Assembly (NCBI GenBank): GCA_964019335.1
Contig: OZ025750.1
Location: 248,001-312,000, forward strand
DNA from: Diplonema japonicum
Lineage: Eukaryota; Protista; Euglenozoa: Diplonemea
Length of the DNA: 64,000 nt
Direction of reading: 5' to 3'
The notes under the pieces are model-generated. The model made no database searches, was not told where the DNA came from, and was given only the letters and a program-made list of their open reading frames with translations. Position numbers and translations under genes: made by a program. The number at the start of each line of letters is the position of its first letter. Within the stretch, counting starts at the first letter, position 1. This document shows positions 35,331 through 47,583 of this stretch, piece by piece.

Positions 35331-38300
35331 ATGTTGGCTCTTACGGTGGCGGGGGTCTTGTCGGCCTTCACTGTGCTGAACGAGTTTACGGCTTTAGGTG
35401 CCGGAGCGTGTCTAGACAGCGAAGGGCTTCGGTACGGGGCGGTGCGGTTTCTCTCTGTAAATGATGTCGCATTGTGTGAGAAGCTGTGCAAGGATATTGG
35501 CAGTGCGTGTGTCGGCTATGCGCACGATGTCCCCAGTGCTGCAATGGCAGACTCGAGCTCTGACTCCGACTCGAGCTCAGACTCCGGCTCCGACTCCAGC
35601 AGCTCGGGATCCGAATCAACATCGAACACCCCAACACCGCAACCCTTTTGTGATATCTACTATCGCCACGGTGGGCGCGAAGACGTCACATCCTTCAGCT
35701 CTCTGGGCACTGTAGACAACACCTACTTGGTCGAGGGAAACGGTGCGCAGAATTGGCCAAGTAAGACCGACACTACGACCGGCGGGCCTTCCTGCATGGG
35801 GCGGCGGTCCCTCCCCTCAGACGCGAAGGCGATGTTCACCCCTGGCTGCTCCATCCTCCTGAAGAACGTGCAGACCGACGCACAGCTTGGCTTCGGCAGC
35901 CAAGGCCAGATTTCCATCGGTTGGGGGAACCACATTTTTGTGGGAAGCGCCGATCCTTCCACTTCTGACTCCTTCACCCTGTCGATTCGCCCCCCAGAGG
36001 GAAGCCCTTCTTACCTGCAGCTCTGTGGGGCTACCGGGACCTATGTCTCGTCCGTGATTAACGTTCCTTGCACCGCCTTCTACATTGACAAGGTCTTTGC
36101 TTCTGGGAATGGGCAATGGGCGATCTGGACGTACTCGGAGGAAGGCAGCAGGGTGTATCTCAGCCTCGGAGGAGAGACCCCCGTTGGGAATGTAGGGAGG
36201 CACATGGGAGATGTCTTCTCGGACCTGCGGCAGGGCTCTCCGTTTTGTGGGTACAGGGACCTCGGTGAGGGGAGCTGCGCAGACGCTGAGGGTAGTTTGG
36301 TCCAGCACCTTGTTGTGAGCAACATCAATGGCGTGGAGGCCACGGAGGAGGTGTGCCTCAAGCTGTGCAGCACATTGAGCTACTACTGCTCGGGTGTTTC
36401 GATATCCCTCCCCAACATGTGCAACCTGATGTTGCAGGACGGGACGGACAGCCTCACATTCGAGGGGGCACTGACAGATGCTGGGTGGAGCACGAACGAT
36501 AACAGCGGTTCGGTGACTGGGATTCCTGTGGGGGTGGTGCCAAGTTCCGGCAGCCGCTGTCACTCCGTGTCCACCCCTAACCAGCCTTGGCTCCGCACCG
36601 CGTGCACCGGGTACCTGAGGTCCACAACGGGCGACGAGCTACTCCTATTCTCTGATGTGGTGTCTGGGGACCCGGAGCTGTCTTGGGGGAAGGGCACCCA
36701 CAGCGACAGCTATTTCATCCAGCTCTCGGACGGGAGGTTCGTCACCACGTGTGGGGGGGCGCTGGTTTTCAAAGGCTCGCGCACCCCGGATGACTGCTTT
36801 GAGTGGACCGTTGTGGACCACGGTGGGAAGGTGCAGATAGCCAGCTATGACCTTTCTTCGAGGTGGCTGGTGATGCACTTGGATGGGTTCACTGATCTGG
36901 GCACGGCTGAGGCGCAGGCTGTGTCCTACTTTGTTCCTTCCCTCTCCGATTCATGTCTGAACTCAGTAGAAGATGCACCTGTCGATGTTGCAGATACACC
37001 GGTTCCTACTCCAGTTCCTACTCCAGTTCCTACTCCAGTTCCTACTCCAGTTCCTACTCCAGTTCCTACTCCAGTTCCTACTCCGGTTCCTACTCCGGTT
37101 CCTACTCCGGTTCCTACTCCAGCTCCCACCCCAGCTCCAACTCCTCTTCCCACTCCTGTTCCAACTCCCCTCCCCACACCACTTCCAACTCCAGTGCCAA
37201 CACCACTTCCAACTCCTCTTCCCACTCCTGTCCCAACACCACTTCCAACTCCAGTCCCAACACCACTTCCAACTCCCCTTCCCACTCCTGTCCCAACACC
37301 ACTTCCTACACCTCTTCCCACCCCTGTTCCAACTCCCCTCCCCACACCACTTCCAACTCCAGTCCCAACACCACTTCCAACTCCTCTTCCCACCCCTGTT
37401 CTAACTCCCCTCCCCACACCACTTCCAACACCAGTTCCCACTCCTGCTCCAACACCAGCTCCCACTCCGCTTCCAACACCAGCTCCTACTCCGCTTCCTA
37501 CACCTGTCCCAACACCAGCTCCTACCCCCGTCCCAACACCTGTTCCAACACCAGCACCTACTCCTGTTCCGACACCAGTTCCCACTCCTGATACAACGCC
37601 GGTCCCAACGCCTCTTCCAACACCAGTCCCCACCCCTGATGCAACACCAGTCCCTACATTCGGTAATGAAAAGTACGTTGTTTTCGAGGAGGCGGCAACA
37701 GGGTGGTCGGCAAACAGTATCCGCGGTGGTGGGGCCTACGTGGTGGTGCGCAGCAAGCTGGAGGGATTCAAGAAGGTTGACAGCTACAAGATGGTGATGG
37801 AGGCACCTGGGCAGTCGAGTGCGACGTCGCACGAGGGGAGGACGCTTGCCGTGGAGGGGGGGGTGCGGATCTCCACGGACATGGGCCCCGCCTCCTCTCC
37901 ATTGGGCTTCGCGGTGGCCTTTGGGCGGAACGAGTCGTTCGTAGCAGTGAAGTGGGTGAGCGAGACGGAGCTCGAGCTGAGGGTGGGCGGTGCAGTGGAG
38001 TTCCGGGCTGACGTGGATGAGACCATCACGGTTGAGCTGGGGCCTTCCAGTTTTACTTCTGCTGCGATGTACCAGAAGCTGTGTGTGGAGGTAGCTGACG
38101 GGTGCAAACAACGCCTCGTGATCGGTCAGGACGTTCCTCAGCTTGAGGAAGCGACGGAGGAGGTTCTGGGAACGACGACAAGTACGGTGGCTGTGGCGTC
38201 GGTGGCAGTTTCTGGTGCAGCGAACGCCCCCGCCGGGGCAAACACTGGGACAAAGCTGATCCGTGCCTCCCTCCTGCTGACGGCCATCCAGTGCCCGAAG

Positions 38301-39725
38301 AGCTCGCCCAAAGACCTCGACAGAACGCTCCACCCCCTCCAGGCCTCCCTTGGGGGCGGCCCCTACAAGAGCTACTCGGGGGCCGCTGTGTTTAACTCTG
38401 TCGTGGTGTCTGGACTACTCTTGGGGTGTTTCCTGTTCTACGTGTGGCACTACGTGAAGTGGACCAGTCGGCGAGCACAGATGGATTTGAGTGATGTGGT
38501 GTCTGGCTCTGGGTCGGAGAACGGTCGGGGAGACAACGGCGGGGAGAAGGCAACAACCTTGTTCAACAACGATGCGCGCACGACGCTGATGCACAAGTCA
38601 CGATTCGGGATGCTTCCCCTCCCTGCTGTGTTCCTGTACGGGGGCATCGTGATGGGGTGCACAACGCTCATCATGTACGAAGAGTCGGCGATGAAGACGA
38701 TCGGGTGTGTGTGGATCGTTCTGGCGCTGCTCCTCCCCGCTTATGTGATCCATACGAACAGGCAGCTCGACAAGTACGCGACGTACAGGCAGCGTCGGTG
38801 GGGAGGGGAGGAGGAGCGGGTCGGCGGGGGCGGGAAGTGGGCGGACTTCTGGCTCGGTGTTCACGAGTGGGGCCCGAAGTACTTCAAGGACGAGTGCATC
38901 TCGTGGGTGGCCCTGCACAACATGTGCTTCCACCACTACAGGTCGTCTGCGAGGCACTTCCTTGGGTTCGAGCTTGTGCACGTGACGGTTCTGGCTGTGG
39001 TGACGGCGTGGTCTCCGCAGGAGTGGAGCGGGTGCATGGCACGTGTGTCTGTGATGGGGGCGATGCCGTGCATTCTTCTGGTGAGCCTGCTGGTGGTGCG
39101 CCCTTACTGCAGGATGTACGAGAACGTGGCGGAAGCTGTTGTGGTCTTTCTAGAGGCATTGATGGTGGGCTTCACCTTCGTTGCGATGAACGAGGCACCC
39201 CGTGACCTGAGCCACTGGGCGGTGGCGCGTGCGGAGAACGTGTCCCAGGGGCTCGTGGTCGCGATCATCTTGAAGCTTGTGATGGATTTCGGTGTTTTCA
39301 TCGCGAAGTACAAGGAGAAGCTCCCCGTGGCCCTCGGCGGGAGTGGCGAGACCATGCTGGGGAAGGAGGAGAAGAGACACGCTGCGGAGAAGATGAGGCT
39401 GAGGATGGACGAGGAGGTTGCTGTTGCTGTGGCTTCGAATGGATCACTGGCCCGGTGTACCGCCTCCGTGGGCGAGCTCGACGGGGTCTGGGAGGCAGAC
39501 GGTGTGAGGTTCAGGTGCACCGACGGTGTCTGCGAAGGAGTGGGTTGGACCGTGTCCAGGGAGGAGCACAGGACCACACTTCATCATGGTCCGGACTATG
39601 TTGCCTTCCTTGATGCTTTCTCCTACAAGGAGGCCCAGTGGAGCAACGGTACAGTGTGGGTCCGAGCACACCTTCCGGAGCATCCTAGCGTACCTACTGC
39701 GAACACAACCCCTGGGTGTCCTTAG
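35331..39725 (+). CDS. Large surface protein copy 3, with a divergent N-terminal domain containing a Ser/Asp tract
   Basis: The first ~145 aa diverge from copies 1 and 2; the remainder is near-identical to them, with a shorter stalk. Confidence 0.85.
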   Translation: MLALTVAGVLSAFTVLNEFTALGAGACLDSEGLRYGAVRFLSVNDVALCEKLCKDIGSACVGYAHDVPSAAMADSSSDSDSSSDSGSDSSSSGSESTSNTPTPQPFCDIYYRHGGREDVTSFSSLGTVDNTYLVEGNGAQNWPSKTDTTTGGPSCMGRRSLPSDAKAMFTPGCSILLKNVQTDAQLGFGSQGQISIGWGNHIFVGSADPSTSDSFTLSIRPPEGSPSYLQLCGATGTYVSSVINVPCTAFYIDKVFASGNGQWAIWTYSEEGSRVYLSLGGETPVGNVGRHMGDVFSDLRQGSPFCGYRDLGEGSCADAEGSLVQHLVVSNINGVEATEEVCLKLCSTLSYYCSGVSISLPNMCNLMLQDGTDSLTFEGALTDAGWSTNDNSGSVTGIPVGVVPSSGSRCHSVSTPNQPWLRTACTGYLRSTTGDELLLFSDVVSGDPELSWGKGTHSDSYFIQLSDGRFVTTCGGALVFKGSRTPDDCFEWTVVDHGGKVQIASYDLSSRWLVMHLDGFTDLGTAEAQAVSYFVPSLSDSCLNSVEDAPVDVADTPVPTPVPTPVPTPVPTPVPTPVPTPVPTPVPTPVPTPVPTPAPTPAPTPLPTPVPTPLPTPLPTPVPTPLPTPLPTPVPTPLPTPVPTPLPTPLPTPVPTPLPTPLPTPVPTPLPTPLPTPVPTPLPTPLPTPVLTPLPTPLPTPVPTPAPTPAPTPLPTPAPTPLPTPVPTPAPTPVPTPVPTPAPTPVPTPVPTPDTTPVPTPLPTPVPTPDATPVPTFGNEKYVVFEEAATGWSANSIRGGGAYVVVRSKLEGFKKVDSYKMVMEAPGQSSATSHEGRTLAVEGGVRISTDMGPASSPLGFAVAFGRNESFVAVKWVSETELELRVGGAVEFRADVDETITVELGPSSFTSAAMYQKLCVEVADGCKQRLVIGQDVPQLEEATEEVLGTTTSTVAVASVAVSGAANAPAGANTGTKLIRASLLLTAIQCPKSSPKDLDRTLHPLQASLGGGPYKSYSGAAVFNSVVVSGLLLGCFLFYVWHYVKWTSRRAQMDLSDVVSGSGSENGRGDNGGEKATTLFNNDARTTLMHKSRFGMLPLPAVFLYGGIVMGCTTLIMYEESAMKTIGCVWIVLALLLPAYVIHTNRQLDKYATYRQRRWGGEEERVGGGGKWADFWLGVHEWGPKYFKDECISWVALHNMCFHHYRSSARHFLGFELVHVTVLAVVTAWSPQEWSGCMARVSVMGAMPCILLVSLLVVRPYCRMYENVAEAVVVFLEALMVGFTFVAMNEAPRDLSHWAVARAENVSQGLVVAIILKLVMDFGVFIAKYKEKLPVALGGSGETMLGKEEKRHAAEKMRLRMDEEVAVAVASNGSLARCTASVGELDGVWEADGVRFRCTDGVCEGVGWTVSREEHRTTLHHGPDYVAFLDAFSYKEAQWSNGTVWVRAHLPEHPSVPTANTTPGCP
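36996..37658 (+). repeat. Coding 12-bp-period repeat, copy 3; includes a near-perfect (cctactccagtt) run at 37005-37124
   Basis: Six cctactccagtt units, three cctactccggtt units, then one variant unit. Confidence 0.95.
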
Positions 39726-40929
39726 GTCTTTATATATATATATTATATATCTCGCGACAGGAAGAAAAGAAATTAATCTATTATTATTAGCGGGACCGAT
39801 GTTGTGGTGGTTCCTATTAATCGCGCATCCTGAACGGTGGAGGTCCACCCGACATGTGGCGCCAGTTACCCACTGGGGTCGCTTAAGGTACTCGCTTTCC
39901 TCCCTTTCTTTGATTATTGCTCTGTAACTATTCTGAGATTGCTGTTTTTGGGGGTTGGTGTGTGCATTGTACCACTACGGGAAAGTAGGAGTTACAGTAC
40001 TTCTACGAATCTCGGGGTGCTTTTCGGAGAACTTTCCCAAAACGCACCACGCCCGTTTGTGTGTTTTTTTTTTTTTTATATCAGTTTTACCAGTAAAACA
40101 ACGACCTTTTTTTTTTTTTTTTTTTTTTTTGTGATAACATTTCTTTTCAAGGTTTGTTTTCTTGTCCAGAATTTTTTTCTTGGCGGAGGATTTTTCATTT
40201 TTACAGTAGTTTTTTTTTTTATTATTACTATTCGGGCTTTTTTTTTTGTCCCCCCTAACTGGTCACTCACACACAAGTATTCGTTTATCTATTTTTTTCT
40301 TCTCCTACTGAACCTTTTGTTATGGGAATAGAGTTTTCTTGTCTGCTTTTATTGAAATTTAAAGATGGAAAAAAAAAAAGAAAAAAAAAGAAGATTTTAA
40401 GTAATTATTCTGTTTTTAGAGGGGCGGTTCCTTTCGAATTTCGGGGGCAGGGGCTTTTTCTATCAATTTGTTTATTCTGTACCAGGGGGATGCAAGGCGG
40501 AGTGACGAAGAATATGGCAAACCTTTCATCAGCTAGCAACAAAGCTGCGGAGGTAGATCACCCAGGCACACACAGATCGGCAAAAAGAAAAAGATGACCC
40601 CACCCTATTTATCCTGCTATTTCTGTTTTTTAAGGGGGAAAGGGGTAAGATAAGTAGAGACAAGGGGGACGTTTCAAAACAGGAACCTCCTTTTTCTCAT
40701 CTCCATTTTTTTTCTTTCCTTCTTTCCCTTCAACCCATAGGCATAGGGCAATTACTTAAGGGTGAAGTAATGGGGGGGGGGGGGGGTCAGGTGAATCAAA
40801 CGACCCCCCCCCAAGTGCGTGCAGTAATTTCAGAAGAGTGTAATAAAGATAATAACAATAAATTTGCATTCTTTGTGCCGAGTGAAAGGGCTTACTACTG
40901 CATCTTATTCTTTTTTTGCAGGGCCATCA

Positions 40930-41345
40930 TGGCTGAGTGGGCGGCACGGAGACGAGGTATGGAAAGCGGCGAAGGAAGACCCGAGAGCGGATGAGTTTCT
41001 TAAGGTCCTTCTTGGTTTTCTCTGATGCAAAAACTGGCCTTCTGTTCCATCCCAGACTCTTCTTCGCACCTATGGTTCTGAGCGCGTGGTTCTTCTGGCT
41101 CTCCGCTGGGAAGATCCGCTTGCCTCTGACCTTCTTCTGTATGCGTGCTGTGTCCCACCCTTCTTGGATTCTTTCCAGGAGGCCGTGTGGGCAGGAAGTG
41201 GCAAGAAGAAAGAGAGGATACTTTGAGAAAGGCAACACAGCCAAAAAGAAAGAAAGGCCGAGGCCCCAGAGGGAGAAAGGGGTAGATAAGTAGAGACAAG
41301 GGGGACGTTCCAAGACAGGAACCTCCTTTATCTCATCTCTCATTG
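40930..41345. mobile_element. Family B-like retroelement fragment with an inverted 5' part
   Basis: 40930-41185 reads on the - strand as RIFPAESQKNHALRTIGAKKSLGWNRRPVFASEKTK. 41186-41345 reads on the + strand as ..REKGVDK* plus a family B-type UTR. Confidence 0.6.
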
Positions 41346-42664
41346 TTATTCTTTTCCCCATTTTTCTGTGTATTTTTGATATTGTGTGGGTGGAAGGACA
41401 AGCAAAAGAAAAGAGAAGAAAAGCTCCCCCCCCCCTTTTTTTCTTGTTTTTTATCTTTTTTAACAGTCTGAAAGCCTGCAGTAGTAAGATTGTGTACCAG
41501 ATTTGTATTTATTTTGTTCGGTTTTAATAACGTGCTGTTAATCTTATATGGAACAATACATTTTTGGCCCCACTAAAATCAAAGTCACGTTTTCCTACTT
41601 ATTTACCACCTTAAACAGTTCCAGCTACATAAATAATCATTAAAAGATCCAACCCTATCCTTTGAATAAAACAGCTCGCTCCATAGCTTCTTGACTGCCC
41701 GTGACCGGTACGCGCCCATAGCAGAGTCTTCAACAGGCTCCTCCCCAGCCGCCTGACAGGCTCCAATTCGGCGAAGCCGGTTGCTGACCGGGCGAAACAA
41801 GACATCGTAAGCTACACAAGCGAAAAAAGATGGCGGTCTAAGAGTGGATGCAAGCCCGATAGAAATTGATCCGCTGCCATTGGAAGTGTCAATACCGGTC
41901 CGGAACCAGTACCCGAAGACCCGGACCTTGAGATCAGCAGGCTGGGCATCGGCTTGGAGCGTGACATGAGCACATTTTGTTTCTTGGGAATATTTTCGGA
42001 GATTTTTCTTATTTTTGTGTAATTTTATGTTCTGAATTAAGTGGTGTTCTGTAAGTACTATATGTAACTTTTTCACGTAACATTATAAATACAAATCCGG
42101 TTAGGTAAGAGAAGGTTATATGCCCTCGTGCAGGAGTGCAGAATAAATGATGAAAGCAACGGGATTGGATTTGCCCTTTCCCTTTCTTTTTAGGGGGGCA
42201 TTTCACATATCCCTCCTTTTACTCATATATATATATATATTTTTTTTTTTTCAAACATCTGTTTTGTTATTCTTTTTTTCTTTTACTTCCTTTCCCCCCC
42301 TCTCTCTCTCTCTATGGGTGGATTTCGCTTCTTTTTTTGGTAAAAGAGAACGAAGAAATAAGAGAAATAATGACAGGCAAACTTTTTTTTCCTCTCTTTT
42401 TTTTTTCCTTTTTTTTTTTCCTTCTTCTAGCAGACAGGAAGAAAAAAAAAAGGGAAAAAAAACGACGAAAAAGAAACAAAAAGAAAGAGTGCGCGGTACT
42501 CAAGTCTCAGTTTTTTGTACCGTGTTCAATAACTGTTAAAGGAAATCAGATTTCTGTGATTCAGCCAACGCAAAGACATTGTGGAGAAAAAGGGCTGATT
42601 ACCTTATTGGGTTCATTGGTCTTTTCTTCTCTTTTCGAATTGCGCCTTTTCTTTTTTTCCGTTT

Positions 42665-43095
42665 TGGGCAGGCAAGACGACATCACCAAGAGGGCCAACC
42701 GATTGGCAAAAATAATTGAAAGACTGATGGGCGCAGCCGAGGCACACGCACCAAAGCCGTTCATGCCCAAGGAAATAACTGAATCCGTGGCATTACGATC
42801 GATAGGTGCACCCAAGCGACTGAAGGGGTACACCGGAAGGCCGAAATTCGCATCCAGCAGAACGTGCGAAATTCTGGAAAGACAATGCGCAGTACCGACT
42901 GCACAGAGAAAAGAGTGGTCCGACCCCTTCGTGCCCGACTACAGAGCACAACAACCTACCAGAACGCAGTCCACCCTACCCGCAGCCATGCATCCTTCAG
43001 CACAGAAGGGTAGCAACATCCGCTAGCGCGGTTAAGAAGTTGCTCGTACGCCAGGCGGTTTATGAAGCAACCAAAGTCATTCTTCTTTTTTTTTT
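42665..43095 (+). mobile_element. 3' fragment of a more distant member of the same retroelement group
   Basis: RANRLAKII..PFMP..LRSIGA..GRPKFAS..QKGSNIR*, then a short UTR and poly(T); similar to the family A and B C-termini. Confidence 0.55.
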
Positions 43096-44391
43096 CTTTT
43101 TTTTTTTTTTTTTTCGTTTTAACAATACTATGTACTAATCGAGACTAAAAAGGAGGTTGATGGCAGCGTAATGAGCTATTTTATTAGGCGTTAGGCGATC
43201 CTGTCACATACTGCAGGTTCCCTTCAAAGACATCTTTTATTAGGTAAAATCTCGCTCGTGCCCCAAGCAAATAAAGGCGCCAGACTAGTTTTTTTTTTTT
43301 TCCTATAAAAAACAATTGTATTACCCGCTGCTGAAAGGGGATAGGTGCAGCTAGTGGATGAGAACAAGGGGGCGTCTCACGAGACCTCCTTTAACTCATA
43401 TATTTTTATGTATTTTCTTTTCCGTAAGGGGGAGCATCGAAAGAAAAACACAGGTGGATTTACTAAAGGCTAAAAAAGAAAAAAAAACGACAAAAAGAAA
43501 GTGTTTTTTTTTTTTTCACCCTTAGTTATCAAAAAGAATGTTTTGGCAATGTTATGCGCCTCAACCAACGCATCGTGCATTAAATAACTTGCCTATTCTT
43601 TTTGAAGAGAAATAAAAATAAATATCCGCCCCCCCCCCCCCCCCTCCCCTTTTATATTTCAGGTTGTTTTTGCTTTGCCGTTTCCCCTTTTTGGAGAAGG
43701 AAAACACCTTTTTTTTGCACAAGATGTATGAAAGAAAAGAAGAAGAAAAGAAAAAGAAAAAAGAAAACGATCGGAATGAAAGAAAAGAAATAAAATCTTC
43801 GCCGCACAGCTAAAAAGAAACGATTTTTTGAGGTCTTCTTTTTTTTGTTCCTTGGCTTGAACAAAAGCTTTGTTCGGTCTTAAACAGGCCTTTTTTTCTT
43901 TCTTTTGCAAGAAATAAGAGGCACAACCAACAGAAAGTACAAAGAATAACTATTTCCCGTTTTCGAGTTACTACTTTTCCTTCGACGCACGTGTATACAA
44001 AAAGAAAGAGGGGAAAAGAGAGAAAAAAAAAAAAGAGAGTGGAACGGGCCGTTGTTTGTACGTGCCGGGTAGAAGACCTGAGAAGTTTATAACCCGTAAA
44101 CACGTTGCCAATATTCCCAGGTCAATAGACTCGTTATCTTTTTTTTTTTCTTTCTTCTTTTTTTTTTCCCCCTTCACAAAAAAGAAGAACAAAACAAAAC
44201 AAAACAAACAAAAAAGGGCGTCGATTTTCTTTTAGCATTTTTTTTTTTTGTTTGGTGTACCGACCGAAAAAAAAAAAAGTTGTTTCTTTTTTTTTTTTTT
44301 TCCTCTTTTTTTTCTTCTTCTTTTGTTTTATAATTTCCCCTTCCCATCACTTTTCATTTCACTTCTTCCTCACAGGGCTTTTTATTCGTTA

Positions 44392-46569
44392 ATGAACCGC
44401 AGGACTCGGAAGCAGGCGGTAGTAGAGAAGGAGCCGATGTGGGCGTTTTTGAACAGATACCTGACGCAGCCGGGGGACGACCCACAGGTAGTTTTTCACA
44501 AGAAGATCCTTCTGGCGATCTCCCTGGCAGCCGCAGCAATATACTCGTGGATAGCACTCACCAACAGCAACGGAACAGGCCTGGCCTACTACAAGGGCTG
44601 GATGGGGGCACTGTCTGGCCTCATAGCTGCCTTCCAGCTACTGTATGAACGTAAGATACGCCACGCAGTGACAGAGCTGACCATGTACGGGTACGTGGTG
44701 GCCATCATCATTACAGATTATACTGGGGTTGTGGAGGGGAACATCCTTATGTGGTCGGGGCTGGTTCTTGTTCTTGACGTTGCACTCGTCTGCAGGCTCA
44801 AGAGACGTGTAACCATAAATGTCATAGTTATCGGTTTTGTGTGGCTTGTCATCGTGGCCATCGAGACCACTCTCCGGATCGGTGTTTACGACGCCCCCTT
44901 CCTCCCTTCGCAGGCTGAACGGTTCAGGAGAACGTGCGACTGTACATCGTTGCCGTGCCCGCGTGATTTCAACAACACATTTGCGTACCTTCTGGCGCAG
45001 ATTGTCATCTTCCTCCTCGACTTCTACTTCACGCGTGGTTTCTCCAGCCGTCTCTACCAGGAGACTGATAAGATGCACAATGTTATTTCCACTGCGGAGA
45101 CAACCGCTGAAGCGCTTTCCCGGTTCGACCTCGCGCTTGCCGAAGAAGCCATCAACTCCTCCCCCCTCCCCCCGCCCCTTCACGACGCCTTCAGTAGTAT
45201 TATCAGCAATCTACGTGTCTACCGCCCGTACATCCCAGACGCGCTGTTCGATCATTTGCACGGTACTGCAGAGCAGCCCAGAGAAGTCCCCGCACCAGGG
45301 CTGATGACAGACGTTGTTGCCATCGTCTTCACCGACATACAAGGATCGACAGCGACATGGGAGGCCTGCCCTGAGGGGATGAAGGAGAGTCTGAAGGTGC
45401 ATGACCATGTGATGCGGGAATGTCTCCACAACCAAGGCGGGTACGAGGTGAAGACTATCGGTGACGCCTTCATGGTCGCCTTCGCAAGCGCTGTCGACGC
45501 AGTCGACTTCTCTCTCAACGTGCAGGAGAAGCTGGTTCAGAGCAAATGGCCGCAGGAACTCCTATGCTTGGATCACTGCGCATGGCAGGAAGACGGCCCA
45601 TGGTGCGGGCTGCGCGTCCGCATCGGCGTCCACTGGGGAGAGGTAGAAATGCAACTGAACACCCTGACAGGTAGGTACGACTACTTCGGGAACACTGTGA
45701 ACAAGGCGGCTCGGATGGAAGGAACATGCATTGGCGGCGCTGTGGCAATTACAGAAGAAGTGATGGCAAAGGTGGGTCCATTGGAAGGAGTATGTGTCAT
45801 TGTAATGGGCGACGTAAAGCTAAGGGGCGTCCCCGGCTATATGCATCCATTCCTGCTGCTCCCACAGAGCTTGGCAGGAAGATCCCAGTACTGCGAGTCA
45901 CAGCTGCGCCTCAAGCGGGAAGACAGGAAGATCACAGTGCACAACTCTACTGGCGTCTCGCTTCGCGACACAATTTCAGTGAACGCCGAGACGGTGCTGT
46001 CATCGGTCGCGTCTGCAAGTGTGGGGATCTTGAACGTGAAGCTGCCTGACACACGTGACCACAGGGAGGCGACGCTGGTGATGAACGATGCATTGGCAAA
46101 GGTTAACATGTGCAGTGAAAGGACCCACGGTGTGGTGGTCTCGTTACAGGGCAGCAGGGTTGCTGTCGGATGGAACACCTCACGGCCCTGCGTCACACAT
46201 GTTGAGAACTCAGTAGCCTTTGTGTCAATGTTGCACAGGCTGCTCGAACAAGACGACTGCACAGCGCATCTGGGTGTCTCTGCCAGTGATGTGCGGCACG
46301 GTACTGTAGGCAACCAGCGGCAGAGGTTCGTCGCCGTGCTCGGGCAGTGTGTCGATGTGAGTGGTGTCTTGGCAACCCTGGCAGAGCAGGTGGACGTGTT
46401 CGCACTTTACGGTAGCCACTCTGAGCCTCGTTCTATAAAGGGGACTAGTTTTGCACTTGAGGAGCACTCCCCTCAGGGCTCACATGGACTGAATGCTTAT
46501 CGGCTTGTCGTCCGTGCCTGGAACGTCACTGAGGCCACAGAGCACTCCCTTTCGGTTACCGTGGTTTAG
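44392..46569 (+). CDS. Multi-pass membrane class III adenylate cyclase (AC4)
   Basis: ATG 44392 follows a long pyrimidine tract and cacag. TM region, CTSLPC, FLLDFYFTRGF, full cyclase motifs and a degenerate second domain. Confidence 0.93.
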   Translation: MNRRTRKQAVVEKEPMWAFLNRYLTQPGDDPQVVFHKKILLAISLAAAAIYSWIALTNSNGTGLAYYKGWMGALSGLIAAFQLLYERKIRHAVTELTMYGYVVAIIITDYTGVVEGNILMWSGLVLVLDVALVCRLKRRVTINVIVIGFVWLVIVAIETTLRIGVYDAPFLPSQAERFRRTCDCTSLPCPRDFNNTFAYLLAQIVIFLLDFYFTRGFSSRLYQETDKMHNVISTAETTAEALSRFDLALAEEAINSSPLPPPLHDAFSSIISNLRVYRPYIPDALFDHLHGTAEQPREVPAPGLMTDVVAIVFTDIQGSTATWEACPEGMKESLKVHDHVMRECLHNQGGYEVKTIGDAFMVAFASAVDAVDFSLNVQEKLVQSKWPQELLCLDHCAWQEDGPWCGLRVRIGVHWGEVEMQLNTLTGRYDYFGNTVNKAARMEGTCIGGAVAITEEVMAKVGPLEGVCVIVMGDVKLRGVPGYMHPFLLLPQSLAGRSQYCESQLRLKREDRKITVHNSTGVSLRDTISVNAETVLSSVASASVGILNVKLPDTRDHREATLVMNDALAKVNMCSERTHGVVVSLQGSRVAVGWNTSRPCVTHVENSVAFVSMLHRLLEQDDCTAHLGVSASDVRHGTVGNQRQRFVAVLGQCVDVSGVLATLAEQVDVFALYGSHSEPRSIKGTSFALEEHSPQGSHGLNAYRLVVRAWNVTEATEHSLSVTVV

Positions 46570-47583
46570 TTGTAGAAGATTTAAATCTTTTTTTTTCTCC
46601 TTTCTTTTTTTATTTTTTTGTCACTCACATTCACTGTAAAAACATATGACCTCTTTGACTGGTCAGTCTGGTACTTTTTTTTTTCTTTTTTTTTTCTTCA
46701 AAAGAAAAGGCCTTAAAACGAGTCATTTCAGGGAAGTGACCGGTGATATGAAAAAAGAAAAACACCAGCAAAATACAAAAAAAGAAAAAGCACAATCAAA
46801 GAAAAGGAGATTCCTGAAGCTGCTGTTACATCCCCTCGGACTTGGAGTTAATTTCCTTTTTTTAAAACCAATCCTACCCCCCCCACCTTTTTTTTGTCTT
46901 TTTTCTCTCACCGCCCTTTCTTCTCCAGCAACGAACGAATGCCTTTTTTTTCTTCTTCTTCCTACTTATTATGGTGGGGTGGGGAGGGGGAGCTGCTCAC
47001 ATTTATGTTAACTCGCTCACTTTTTTCCTTCCTTCACCCCACTCCTCTTTTTTTTTGAAAAAAAAGAAAAGACTTTTTTTTTATGAACCCCAGACCATGT
47101 AATAGAAGCTCTCTTGCCTTAATCCCTTGGCGGGTGCTTAAGGCTTTAAAAAAAGCCACATATCACGGTTTTTTTTTTTTTTTTTTTTTTTTTATGATTG
47201 TGAACGGTGAATACCGCTACTTCATTTAGGTAAACACAGCACAATTCCTTTTTTTTTTTTTTTTTTTTTGCAAGGGCGGCCCTCCATGAGGGGGTTTGTC
47301 CTGCACTTTGTAGATGACCTTTTCCTTCTCCCCCCCCTTCGTGGGTGTTGCCTCTTGGCCAGTCTTTGCCGGTAGAACGATCAGATTTACTCGCCGTGAC
47401 CCCCTTATTTGCTCCCGGGGTAGGGTGCATGTAGAGGATGAGAACAAAGGGGCTTCTCACAAAGACCTCCTTTAACTCCTACAATCATATTTTTTTTTAA
47501 TGGAAAAACACATCAAGGGAGGTTCGTTTGTAAGAGTTCCTCTCAATCTCGAACAACAACGACATTTTAGTCATAAGGAATTA

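Noticed and set aside
43563-43585. aaccaacg resembling the 5' end of a diplonemid spliced leader
   Set aside because: Only 8 nt match; the rest of the SL exon is absent.
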